NCBI GenBank assembly: GCA_013003425.1
Contig: JABDJB010000016.1
Span: forward strand, 26,104 to 90,103
Reading direction: 5' to 3'
Source: Gammaproteobacteria bacterium
GTDB lineage: Bacteria > Pseudomonadota > Gammaproteobacteria > Steroidobacterales > JABDKV01
Length of the DNA stretch: 64,000 nucleotides
Below the pieces are notes generated by a model. That model saw only the letters and a program-made list of their open reading frames with translations, had not been told where the DNA came from and made no database searches. Within the stretch, counting starts at the first letter, position 1. Each line of letters starts with the position of its first letter. Both the position numbers and the translations under genes were made by a program. Positions 54,567-64,000 of this stretch are shown piece by piece.

Positions 54567-55505
54567 GTGGCAGCCAGTCTGTTCCTCATGGGTCCGACTG
54601 CAGCCGGCAAGACCGCTGCTGCCGTCGACCTGGTGGAGAACTTTCCCTTTGAAATAATCAGCGTCGATTCAGCACTGGTGTACCGAGGGTTGAATATCGG
54701 GACGGCCAGGCCGGATCGGCAGACTCTGGCGCGTGCACCGCACCGTCTGATTGATATTGTTGAACCGAATGAGTCTTATTCGGCCGGGCGCTTTGCCCGC
54801 GATGCGGCGGAGGCGGTACGGGAGATTCGCGCCGCAGGCCGGGTGCCGCTGTTCGCCGGCGGTACGCTGCTGTATTTCCGCGCGTATGCGGAGGGGCTTG
54901 CCAGCATGCCGCGGGCATCAGCGCGCATTCGCGAGGAAATTGACGCCACAGCTGTCGCGGACGGCTGGCCGGCATTGCACCGGGAACTGGCATCGGTGGA
55001 CCCGGTGGCGGCCGGGCGCATCCACCCCAATGATGCCCAGCGGATCCAGCGGGCGCTGGAGGTGTATCGCCAGACCGGCACCCCGATAAGCGACCTGCAG
55101 CAGCAGCGTCGGGTGCCCGGGGCGGCCGAAACCTTTTACCGGGTGGCCTGGTGCCCGTCGCGCTCCAACCTCTACCAGAATTGCGAAACACGCCTTAATC
55201 ACATGATAAAACAAGATTTTATATCCGAGGTTCGCGACCTGTTCGAACGCGGCGATCTGCACCCGCAACTCCCGGCGGTGCGGGCAGTGGGCTACCGTCA
55301 GTTCTGGCAGCATTTGCAGGGCGAGTGCTCACGCGACGAGGCGGGGCGCAGGGCACTGGTGGCGACGCGGCGGCTGGCGAAACGCCAGTTGACCTGGTTG
55401 CGCGCCGAACCCGGTGTGGTGTGGATTGACCCAAACGGTGAAGCGGCCAGGCAGCAGCTGCATCGCCTGGCCCGGCGGGTGGTGCGGGCCGCCCGGTACG
55501 CGTAG
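54567..55505 (+). CDS. miaA: tRNA dimethylallyltransferase
   Basis: GTG start. LMGPTAAGKT P-loop and ISVDSALVYRGLNIGTA. Confidence 0.93.
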   Translation: MAASLFLMGPTAAGKTAAAVDLVENFPFEIISVDSALVYRGLNIGTARPDRQTLARAPHRLIDIVEPNESYSAGRFARDAAEAVREIRAAGRVPLFAGGTLLYFRAYAEGLASMPRASARIREEIDATAVADGWPALHRELASVDPVAAGRIHPNDAQRIQRALEVYRQTGTPISDLQQQRRVPGAAETFYRVAWCPSRSNLYQNCETRLNHMIKQDFISEVRDLFERGDLHPQLPAVRAVGYRQFWQHLQGECSRDEAGRRALVATRRLAKRQLTWLRAEPGVVWIDPNGEAARQQLHRLARRVVRAARYA

Positions 55506-55617
55506 TATCCGTCCCGTTGTTGTCGCTCCGCAACGGCGGGCGGAGTCCGGCGCAGGATGCCCGGCTGCCCGTCTGATACGGACATAAAAAACCAGACCAG
55601 CTAATAAGGAGACCCAC

Positions 55618-55881
55618 ATGGCGAGAGGGCAAACCTTGCAGGATCCGTTTCTCAATACATTGAGGAAAGAGAAGGTCCCGGTGTCGATTTACCTGGTGAA
55701 TGGCATCAAGTTACAGGGGCAGATTGATTCATTCGACCAGTTTGTTGTGCTACTGCGTAACAGCGTAAGCCAGATGGTCTACAAGCACGCGATTTCGACG
55801 GTTGTGCCTGCGCGCAATGTCCGGCTGCCGATGCCGGATGGTGAGAACGCAGATGCGCCCGACGACAGCGCTGATGAGTAG
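55618..55881 (+). CDS. hfq: RNA chaperone Hfq
   Basis: [61 protein letters not shown]. Confidence 0.97.
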   Translation: MARGQTLQDPFLNTLRKEKVPVSIYLVNGIKLQGQIDSFDQFVVLLRNSVSQMVYKHAISTVVPARNVRLPMPDGENADAPDDSADE

Positions 55882-55898
55882 TCCGGGAGACGCTCAAT

Positions 55899-57224
55899 TT
55901 GTTTGAACGGCCCCGCGCGGGCGAGCGCGCGCTACTCGTAAATACCGGAATTGGCGCGCCGGTGCCGCGTGATCAGGTAGCCGAACTGAATGAACTTGCT
56001 GTATCGGCCGGTGCCCGGCCGATAGCGCAGTACAACGCAGTTCGCGATGCCCCGCATCCGAAGTACTTCATTGGCAGTGGCAAGGCCGCCGAGCTGCGTG
56101 ACGTCATTGCGATGGAAAATATCGAGCTGGTGATCTTCGATCGAACGCTGTCACCGAGCCAGGAACGAAACCTGGAACGTTTGTTCCAGTGTCGCGTGCT
56201 GGACCGTACCGGCCTGATACTGGATATCTTCGCCCAGCGGGCAAAAAGCCATGAAGGCAAGCTGCAGGTTGAGCTTGCACAGCTGCGACACCTTTCAACG
56301 CGGCTGGTGCGCGGCTGGACTCACCTGGAGCGGCAGAAAGGCGGCATTGGCCTGCGCGGTCCGGGCGAAACACAGCTGGAAACTGACCGCCGGCTGCTTG
56401 CCAACCGGATCCGTGCGTTGCGTAGTGGCCTCGACAAGATCGAGGTGCAGCGCGCCCAGCAGCGTGGCGGGCGCGGCGGGCTGGCGACGGTGTCGCTGGT
56501 CGGCTACACCAATGCCGGAAAGTCCACGTTATTCAGCCAGCTTACCGATCAGCAGGTGTACGCAGCCGACAAGCTGTTCGCTACGCTCGATACCACGCTG
56601 CGGAAGCTGGAGCTGCCGCACGGACGTGATGCGTTGCTCGCTGATACCGTCGGATTTGTGCGCGATCTTCCTCACGAACTGATCGCTGCTTTTCGCGCGA
56701 CGCTGCAGGAAACCCGCAATGCAGATCTTCTGCTGCACGTGGTTGACGCCGGTGACGAAAATCGCGGTGAGCGAATCGTCCAGGTGCAGCAGACGCTCGA
56801 GGCCATTGGCGCCGGAGACGTGCCGCAGATCATGGTCTACAACAAGATCGATCTCACCGGGGAACAGGCGCGTGTCGATCGCGATAGCGACGGTGCGGTT
56901 CGCCGGGTATGGCTGTCGGCCGTGGAGGGCAGCGGTATCGACATGCTGCTCGGGGTGATAGCCGATGTCCTGGTTGCCGGTCAGGCGCACCTGGTGCTGC
57001 GTATCCCCCCGGAGGCCGGAAAACTGCGCGCCCGGCTGTATGCCGAAGGCGTCGTGAGACGGGAAACCACAGATGATGATGGTGCGCAGCACCTTGAAAT
57101 CGTCATCGCCACGGGACGATTACAGCAATTGTGCAGTAACCTTGGTCTCGATGCTGATCAGCTACTGGCGGATTCTTGTGCCGCTGGTGACTGGTCTCTA
57201 CAATCCGGCGCTGCAGCCGGCTAA
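55899..57224 (+). CDS. hflX: GTPase HflX
   Basis: TTG start 8 nt after GGGAGA. GYTNAGKST G1 motif, DTVGF, NKID. Confidence 0.93.
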   Translation: MFERPRAGERALLVNTGIGAPVPRDQVAELNELAVSAGARPIAQYNAVRDAPHPKYFIGSGKAAELRDVIAMENIELVIFDRTLSPSQERNLERLFQCRVLDRTGLILDIFAQRAKSHEGKLQVELAQLRHLSTRLVRGWTHLERQKGGIGLRGPGETQLETDRRLLANRIRALRSGLDKIEVQRAQQRGGRGGLATVSLVGYTNAGKSTLFSQLTDQQVYAADKLFATLDTTLRKLELPHGRDALLADTVGFVRDLPHELIAAFRATLQETRNADLLLHVVDAGDENRGERIVQVQQTLEAIGAGDVPQIMVYNKIDLTGEQARVDRDSDGAVRRVWLSAVEGSGIDMLLGVIADVLVAGQAHLVLRIPPEAGKLRARLYAEGVVRRETTDDDGAQHLEIVIATGRLQQLCSNLGLDADQLLADSCAAGDWSLQSGAAAG

Positions 57225-57245
57225 CCAACTCAAAGCGGAATCTTA

Positions 57246-58379
57246 ATGGCCTGGAACGAACCTGGAAAAGGACGCGACCCGTGGGGTGGCAACGGTCAAC
57301 AAAGACCGCCCGACCTCGATGAACTCGTGCGGAGCATGCAGCAGCGGCTGCGTGGCTTGTTTGGCGGCGGCGGCAGTGGTGGCGGCGGCGGGGCGGCTGG
57401 CACCGGTCCCACATTGTTGCTGTTCCTTGTGGCGCTGCTTGTCGGTCTGCTTTTACTCAGCGCCTATCGTATCGACGCGCCGGAGCAGGGCGTGGTGCTG
57501 CGGCTTGGCGCCTACAATCGTACCTCGCCACCCGGTCTGCATTTCCGCATCCCGCTTGTCGAGACCATCGAGAAGGTCAACATAGCGCAGATCGAAAATT
57601 ACGATTACCGCAACCAGATGCTGACCAGCGATGAAAACATCGTGTTCATCGAGGGCAATGTGCAGTATCGGCGTGGTGAGCCAAGGGATTACCTGTTCAG
57701 CGTGCGCGGGCCCGAGATGACGGTTGAAGATGTCGCTGAAAGCGCCATCCGTGAAGTCGTTGGCAAGAACAGGGCCGACTACATACTCGGCGACGGCCGG
57801 CCGAAAGTTGCTGAAGATGCCAGCGAGCTGATGCAGCAAACGCTGGACCTTTACAACACCGGTATTGTCGTTACGCAGTTCAACCTCAAGCGCGCACAGC
57901 CGCCACCCGAGGTGCAGGCGGCTGTTGATGACGCCACCAAGGCGCGCGAGGACAAGGACCGTTTCAGGCTGGCCGCAGAGGCGTATGCAAACGACCTTAT
58001 TCCCCGTGCGCGTGGCGCGGCCGCCCGGCAGATGCAGGAAGCCGAGGCGTATCGCGAACGTGTGATCGCCGACGCGGAAGGTGAAGCAGCACGATTTGAA
58101 TCGTTGCTCACCGAATACGAGAAAGCACCCGAAGTCACGCGGCAGCGGCTTTACCTCGAGGCCGTGGAGGAAGTGCTCGCGGCCAACAGCAAGGTGTTGA
58201 TTGATTCTGACAGCAGCGGCGGCAATCTGCTGTACCTGCCGATGGACAAGCTGCTGGATCGGCAGCGCGAAGGATCTGCCTCGGTCGACTCTATCGATCG
58301 CGGTGGCTCATCAGCGCGCGCCAACAGCCCGGAAAACCCACGAGCGCGCGAGTCAGCACGGACCAGGGGGGAGCGATGA
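57246..58379 (+). CDS. hflK: FtsH protease modulator HflK
   Basis: MAWNEPGKGRDPWGG, a Gly-rich linker, a TM helix and an SPFH domain. Confidence 0.93.
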   Translation: MAWNEPGKGRDPWGGNGQQRPPDLDELVRSMQQRLRGLFGGGGSGGGGGAAGTGPTLLLFLVALLVGLLLLSAYRIDAPEQGVVLRLGAYNRTSPPGLHFRIPLVETIEKVNIAQIENYDYRNQMLTSDENIVFIEGNVQYRRGEPRDYLFSVRGPEMTVEDVAESAIREVVGKNRADYILGDGRPKVAEDASELMQQTLDLYNTGIVVTQFNLKRAQPPPEVQAAVDDATKAREDKDRFRLAAEAYANDLIPRARGAAARQMQEAEAYRERVIADAEGEAARFESLLTEYEKAPEVTRQRLYLEAVEEVLAANSKVLIDSDSSGGNLLYLPMDKLLDRQREGSASVDSIDRGGSSARANSPENPRARESARTRGER

Positions 58380-59233
58380 GAATACTGGTTTTTGCACTCG
58401 TTGCCGTTGCACTGGTTGTCTGGCAATGCATTTTTATCGTTGACGAACGCGACCTTGCGCTGCGTTTCAAGTTTGGTGAGATCGTCGAGACTAACTATGA
58501 GCCTGGCGTCTACCTCAAATGGTTTGCGCCGGTTAACAACGTGGTGAAGTTTCCTGACCGGATCCTGACTTCCGATAATCGCCCGGAACGGTTTCTGACC
58601 GGTGAAACGAAGTTTGTGCTGGTGGACTTTTTTATCAAGTGGCGCATCATCGATGCTTCGCAGTATTACCGGTCATTCGGCGGTTCCGAAGGCCTGGCGC
58701 AGGCGCGGCTGATCGAAATTGTCACCGCCGGCATGAAAGACGAGTTTGCCTCGCGCACGATCCAGGAAGTCGTTTCCGCCGAGCGCTCCGAGCTGATGGA
58801 TAACATGCTGATTGCCTCACGGGGTATCGCGCAGCAGCTCGGGGTGGACATCGTCGATGTCCGGGTCAAGCGTATCGATCTTCCCGACGAGGTATCCGGT
58901 TCCGTCTACGACCGGATGCGGCAGGAGAGGGGCAGGACAGCAAAGCTGCTTCGCGCTGAAGGTGAGGAAACTTCCGAGCGCATCCAGGCTGATGCTGAAC
59001 GGCAGCGCACTATCATTCTTGCTGAAGCTTATCGTGATGCGGAACGCATTCGCGGTGCGGGTGATGCTCGTTCGGCCGAGATCTACGCCAATGCGTACAA
59101 CAGGAACAAGGAATTTTACGCCTTCTACCGCAGCATGGAGGCGTATCGGCGAGCTCTGACGACTGGTTCCGATATCATGGTTCTCGAGCCCGATAGCGAC
59201 TTTTTCAAGTACCTGAATCAACCCGGACCCTGA
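58376..59233 (+). CDS. hflC: FtsH protease modulator HflC
   Basis: N-terminal TM helix plus SPFH domain. Has an ATGA overlap with hflK. Confidence 0.93.
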   Translation: MRILVFALVAVALVVWQCIFIVDERDLALRFKFGEIVETNYEPGVYLKWFAPVNNVVKFPDRILTSDNRPERFLTGETKFVLVDFFIKWRIIDASQYYRSFGGSEGLAQARLIEIVTAGMKDEFASRTIQEVVSAERSELMDNMLIASRGIAQQLGVDIVDVRVKRIDLPDEVSGSVYDRMRQERGRTAKLLRAEGEETSERIQADAERQRTIILAEAYRDAERIRGAGDARSAEIYANAYNRNKEFYAFYRSMEAYRRALTTGSDIMVLEPDSDFFKYLNQPGP

Positions 59234-59272
59234 CGCTGGAAATTTCCACGAGTGAACGTGGCGGTATGCTGA

Positions 59273-60568
<1,296 letters not shown>

Positions 60569-60573
60569 GGGGA

Positions 60574-60660
60574 TGGTGCCCAGGAGAGGACTTGAACCTC
60601 CACCCACTTGCGTGGACATGGACCTGAACCATGCGCGTCTACCAATTCCGCCACCTGGGC
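60574..60660 (-). tRNA. tRNA-Leu (anticodon CAG)
   Basis: The reverse complement GCCCAGGTGGCGGAATTGGTAGACGCGCATGGTTCAGGTCCATGTCCACGCAAGTGGGTGGAGGTTCAAGTCCTCTCCTGGGCACCA is 87 nt. It has a long variable arm, anticodon loop TTCAGGT and an encoded CCA. Confidence 0.9.
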
Positions 60661-60694
60661 ATGGTGACCGGCAGCTTGCCGGCGGAAGGCGCGC

Positions 60695-60722
60695 ACTTTA
60701 TCACACAGCGACGTCTTTTCAA
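60695..60722 (-). promoter_or_regulatory. candidate sigma70 promoter for tRNA-Leu (TTGAAA-N16-TAAAGT)
   Basis: On the minus strand, TTGAAA (60722..60717) and TAAAGT (60700..60695) are separated by 16 nt and followed by the GC-rich discriminator GCGCGCC. The -10 lies about 35 nt upstream of the tRNA 5' end. Confidence 0.35.
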
Positions 60723-60745
60723 GTAGCCGAAACAGCAGGAAAGCG

Positions 60746-63058
60746 ATGACAAGAAAAAGAAAAGGGCAGGATGACTGGCGCAAGCAGGACCCGCACCATA
60801 AACGCGAGTCCGACCGCTACGAGCAGCCACTCCCCAGCCGCGAATACCTGCTGAAGCTGCTGCGCGAGCAGGGCGTGCCGATGCGGCGACGGGAGATCTT
60901 CGAGTCCCTGCGGATCGACGATCCCGATCAGCGCGCCGCATTGCGCAACCGGCTCAAGGCGATGGTGCGCGATGGGCAGCTGCTCAAGAATCGCGCCGGA
61001 CAGTACTGCCTGATCGATAAAATGCCGTTGGTTACCGGGCGGGTGATCGGTCACCGCGACGGTTTTGGTTTCGTCAAACGCGACGACGATGATCCTGACG
61101 ATCTCTATCTTTCACCGCGACAAATGCGTGAGGTCATGCATGGAGACCGCGTTGCCGTACGCGTGTCGCCGGGTCGCGGCGGTCGCACTGAGGCGCGCAT
61201 TGCCGAGGTGCTGGAACGTGCCAATGAGGAGCTGGTCGGGCGCTATTTTAGCGAGAGCGGCATCGGTTTCGTCATTCCGGACAACAGCGCCATAGGTCAA
61301 CAGGTGATTGTGCCGAAAGGAAAGACAGCCAAGGCCAGGCCCGGCCAGGTTGTCAGCGTGCGGATCGATGAGCCACCGGGCCGGCATTCGCAGCCCGTTG
61401 GCAGCGTAATCGAGATTCTCGGCGGCGATCACACTCCCGGCATCGAAACCGAAATTGCCGTGCGCTCGCACAACCTGCCGCATCGCTGGCCGCAGGCCGT
61501 CTCCGAGGCCGCGAAAAAGATACCGCAACAGGTGCAGGCCAAGGCAAAGCACGATCGCGTTGACCTGCGCGAGCTGCCGCTGGTGACTATCGACGGAGAG
61601 GACGCAAGGGATTTTGACGACGCCATATTTGCCGAAGAAACCGGCAACGGCTGGCGGTTGTATGTCGCTATTGCCGACGTGGCGCACTACGTGAAACCCG
61701 GCAGCGAGCTGGACAAGGAGGCGCAGCGGCGCGGTACTTCGGTGTATTTCCCGACCCGGGTGATTCCGATGCTGCCGGAGGAATTATCTAACGGACTGTG
61801 TTCACTGAATCCCGAGGTCGACCGGCTGTGCATGGTGTGCGAGATGCTGGTCGACAGCAGCGGCCAGGTGACGCGGTCGCAGTTTTACGAGGGCGTGATG
61901 CGATCGCAGGCGCGCCTGACCTATACCGAGGTTGCCGCTGCGCTTTACGACGGCGACAAGAAGGCCCTGCGCAAGGTTGGCGGACTACTGGAAGACCTCC
62001 AGGTACTGGACGATCTTTACCGCGCGTTTGCGGCAGCCCGGCAGAAGCGTGGTGCCATCGAAATAGAAACGCGTGAAGTGAAATTCCTGTTCAATGAGAA
62101 GGGTCGCATCAAGGGTGTCATGCCCTATCGCCGCAACGATGCGCACAAAATTATTGAAGAGTGCATGATTGCGGCCAACGTCCAGGCAGCCAAATTTCTG
62201 CAGCGCGGCCGTCTGCCTACGCTTTATCGTCGTCACGACCAGCCAGAGGAAGAACGACGCGACAAGCTGTTCGACTTCCTGCGGCCGCTGGGGCTGAAGA
62301 TTTCCCGGCGCGGTGATCTGCAGCCCGCCGACTACGCCAGGTTGCTGCACGCCGTTCGTGATCGGCCGGATGCCGGTCTCATCGAGACGGTGCTGTTGCG
62401 TTCGATGCCACGGGCGGTGTACGCGCCGGACAGCCGCGGGCATTTTGGTCTGGCGCTGGAACAATACGCACATTTCACCTCACCGATCCGCAGGTACCCC
62501 GACCTGGTAGTACACCGCGGTATCAAGCACCTGCTGGCAAAAGGCAAGGTGCGCGAGTTTGTCTACAACCGCAAGGAGGTAGATCGGCTGGGGCAGCACT
62601 GCTCTGCCACCGAGCGGCGTGCCGACGAAGCCACCCGGGAAGCAACAGACTGGCTGAAATGTGAATTCATGCAGGACAAGGTTGGCGATATCTTTGACGG
62701 AACCGTCAGCGGTGTTACCAGCTTCGGTCTTTTTGTGCAGCTCGACGATATCCATATCGAGGGGCTGGTTCACGTAACGGAGCTGGGTGACGACTATTTC
62801 CAGCACGATGCGGCAAGTCACCGGCTGGTGGGCGAAGCGTCCGGTTCGGTTTACCAATTGGCTGACCGCGTGCGGGTGCGAGTCAGGGAGGCCAACATGG
62901 AAGATCGTCGAATAAACTTCGAGCTGGCAGACCGTAAGTCCGGTGCGCGCAAGGGCAGGAACAAGACCAGCCCCGGGACCAAGAACAAGAACACGAACAA
63001 GAACAAGACCAAGGGTAAGCCGAAAGGCAAGCCGCGAGGGCGCAAGAGCCGCAGGTGA
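60746..63058 (+). CDS. rnr: ribonuclease R
   Basis: 770 aa. N-terminal HTH/cold-shock-like region, RNB domain (DFDDAI...), S1 domain (GTVSGVTSFGLFVQL) and a Lys-rich basic tail. Confidence 0.95.
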   Translation: MTRKRKGQDDWRKQDPHHKRESDRYEQPLPSREYLLKLLREQGVPMRRREIFESLRIDDPDQRAALRNRLKAMVRDGQLLKNRAGQYCLIDKMPLVTGRVIGHRDGFGFVKRDDDDPDDLYLSPRQMREVMHGDRVAVRVSPGRGGRTEARIAEVLERANEELVGRYFSESGIGFVIPDNSAIGQQVIVPKGKTAKARPGQVVSVRIDEPPGRHSQPVGSVIEILGGDHTPGIETEIAVRSHNLPHRWPQAVSEAAKKIPQQVQAKAKHDRVDLRELPLVTIDGEDARDFDDAIFAEETGNGWRLYVAIADVAHYVKPGSELDKEAQRRGTSVYFPTRVIPMLPEELSNGLCSLNPEVDRLCMVCEMLVDSSGQVTRSQFYEGVMRSQARLTYTEVAAALYDGDKKALRKVGGLLEDLQVLDDLYRAFAAARQKRGAIEIETREVKFLFNEKGRIKGVMPYRRNDAHKIIEECMIAANVQAAKFLQRGRLPTLYRRHDQPEEERRDKLFDFLRPLGLKISRRGDLQPADYARLLHAVRDRPDAGLIETVLLRSMPRAVYAPDSRGHFGLALEQYAHFTSPIRRYPDLVVHRGIKHLLAKGKVREFVYNRKEVDRLGQHCSATERRADEATREATDWLKCEFMQDKVGDIFDGTVSGVTSFGLFVQLDDIHIEGLVHVTELGDDYFQHDAASHRLVGEASGSVYQLADRVRVRVREANMEDRRINFELADRKSGARKGRNKTSPGTKNKNTNKNKTKGKPKGKPRGRKSRR

Positions 63059-63804
63059 ACAGGCCTGCCGACACGGTTATCTACGGCGTGCACGCAGTCA
63101 GCCGTGCACTGAAGGAGGGCCCGCGCCGTGTTACCACGCTGTATCTCCAGGCCGGGCGGGATGACGCAACTACTGCCCGGCTCAGGAATGCTGCCGCGGC
63201 TCACGAGATAGCAGTAGAGGTTGTGGCCAAACATCGGCTCGCACAGATGACCGGCTCGGGCAAGCACCAGGGAGTAGCGGCCTTTGTTGATTCGCTGCCG
63301 CCACTGGGTGAACGCCAGCTGGAAGCACTGGTTGACGACCTGGAGACACCGTTTCTGCTGGCGCTCGATGGCGTGCAGGATCCGCACAATCTCGGCGCCT
63401 GCCTGCGCAGTGCGGTGGCGGCGGGGGTCGACGCGGTCATCGTGCCACGGGATCGTGCCGTCGGGATCACTGCAGCCGTGCGCAAGGTTGCGGCGGGAGC
63501 TGCCGAGGCAATTGCAGTGGCGCAGGTGGCCAACCTGTCGCGCGTCTTGCGCATGCTGGCGAAGAAAAATGTCTGGTGCTACGGCGCGGCGGCGGCTGAA
63601 GGCCGTGAGCTTTATCAGCTGGATCTGCGTGGCCCCTTGTGCCTGGTGCTCGGCGGTGAGAGCGACGGCCTGCGCCGGCTGACGCGCGAACATTGTGACG
63701 AACTGTTCAATATTCCCATGGCCGGAGACATCGAAAGCCTCAATGTCTCGGTTGCCGCGGGTATCTGCCTGTTCGAGGCTTTGCGCCAGCGCCGCGCCGG
63801 GTAG
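63055..63804 (+). CDS. rlmB: 23S rRNA (guanosine2251-2'-O)-methyltransferase RlmB
   Basis: SpoU/TrmH motifs LDGVQDPHNLGACLRSA, LVLGGESDGL and IPMAGDIESLNVSVAAGI. Has a GTGA-type overlap with rnr. Confidence 0.92.
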   Translation: MNRPADTVIYGVHAVSRALKEGPRRVTTLYLQAGRDDATTARLRNAAAAHEIAVEVVAKHRLAQMTGSGKHQGVAAFVDSLPPLGERQLEALVDDLETPFLLALDGVQDPHNLGACLRSAVAAGVDAVIVPRDRAVGITAAVRKVAAGAAEAIAVAQVANLSRVLRMLAKKNVWCYGAAAAEGRELYQLDLRGPLCLVLGGESDGLRRLTREHCDELFNIPMAGDIESLNVSVAAGICLFEALRQRRAG

Positions 63805-63868
63805 CAGCCGCTGGCTGCGGCGTCGCGGCCGGGCAGGCTGACTGGGCGCCTGCCAGCATCGTGACGGT

Positions 63869-63886
63869 ACCCGCATGGCGGGTTTT
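63869..63886 (+). terminator. weak candidate intrinsic terminator after rlmB
   Basis: ACCCGC-ATG-GCGGGT (6-bp stem, 3-nt loop) followed by TTT(T)AGGG, 65 nt after the rlmB stop. The stem and U-tract are both short, so support is modest. Confidence 0.3.
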
Positions 63887-64000
63887 AGGGTAGTATGCGC
63901 GCCCTGCCTGCGGGCAGGCGGGCGGCCATGGTCGCCTGACTCCTTGCCTCACCGCGCCGCGTGCGACGGGAGGCTGTTAAACCGAAAGGAGCACACAATG

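Noticed and set aside
57340-57400. GGC/GGT repeat tract
   Set aside because: It is an in-frame Gly-rich linker of HflK (FGGGGSGGGGGAAG), which is common in HflK N-termini.
62940-63055. AAG/AAC/AAGACC-rich repetitive DNA
   Set aside because: It encodes the Lys-rich basic tail of RNase R (KNKNTNKNKTKGKPKGKPRGRK), a known feature of this family. It is not a repeat element or a CRISPR-like array.
62851-63876. 341-aa minus-strand ORF
   Set aside because: It is antisense to the rnr 3' end and all of rlmB, is Arg/Ala/Pro-rich, and has no recognisable motifs. It is a GC-rich shadow ORF.
63998-64000. ATG with an AAGGAG SD at the very end of the window, probable rpsF start
   Set aside because: Only the start codon is visible. 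This is too little sequence to call a CDS, so it is mentioned only in the findings.

Overview
This 64-kb window is from a GC-rich chromosome that looks gammaproteobacterial. It is almost entirely coding: about 60 protein genes and 2 tRNA genes. Many adjacent genes share 1-14 nt start/stop overlaps. I found no rRNA, CRISPR array, transposase, integrase or phage gene. The backbone is housekeeping, and from memory its gene order resembles E. coli and Pseudomonas. The main blocks are: metG-rnfABCDG (minus strand); mrp-dcd; DUF3108-purN-purM facing DUF2066/CDP-alcohol transferase/AI-2E permease/hda; proS-slt; psd-like/pssA/udg/rimI; valS-moxR-DUF58-tgpA; pepA-holC-valS facing lptFG; pcnB-folK-dNK-panBC; and queG facing nnr-tsaE-amiB-mutL-miaA-hfq-hflXKC-purA, then tRNA-Leu and rnr-rlmB. 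Six things are not explained by housekeeping. (1) A three-gene, translationally coupled module (6200..10759) sits between mrp and metG, which are normally adjacent. It encodes a cytoplasmic HEAT-repeat Hanks-type Ser/Thr kinase followed by two divergent PilT-family ATPases, with no other pilus genes nearby. This is my best candidate for an undescribed system. (2) An orphan 545-aa protein has two FliD-like tandem repeats but no flagellar context. (3) A secreted HEAT protein, an M14 carboxypeptidase with a GlyGly-CTERM tail and an RDD membrane protein form a coupled trio behind a tRNA-Glu(CUC). (4) A short Psd-like protein upstream of pssA has Thr-Arg where the Gly-Ser self-cleavage site is expected. 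(5) A PPK2 gene is coupled by an ATGA overlap to a cNMP-binding GGDEF cyclase gene. (6) pcnB homology extends upstream of any canonical start codon. All calls rest on reading the supplied translations and DNA by eye. No database search or computation was run. Motif coordinates were hand-indexed and could be off by a base or two.
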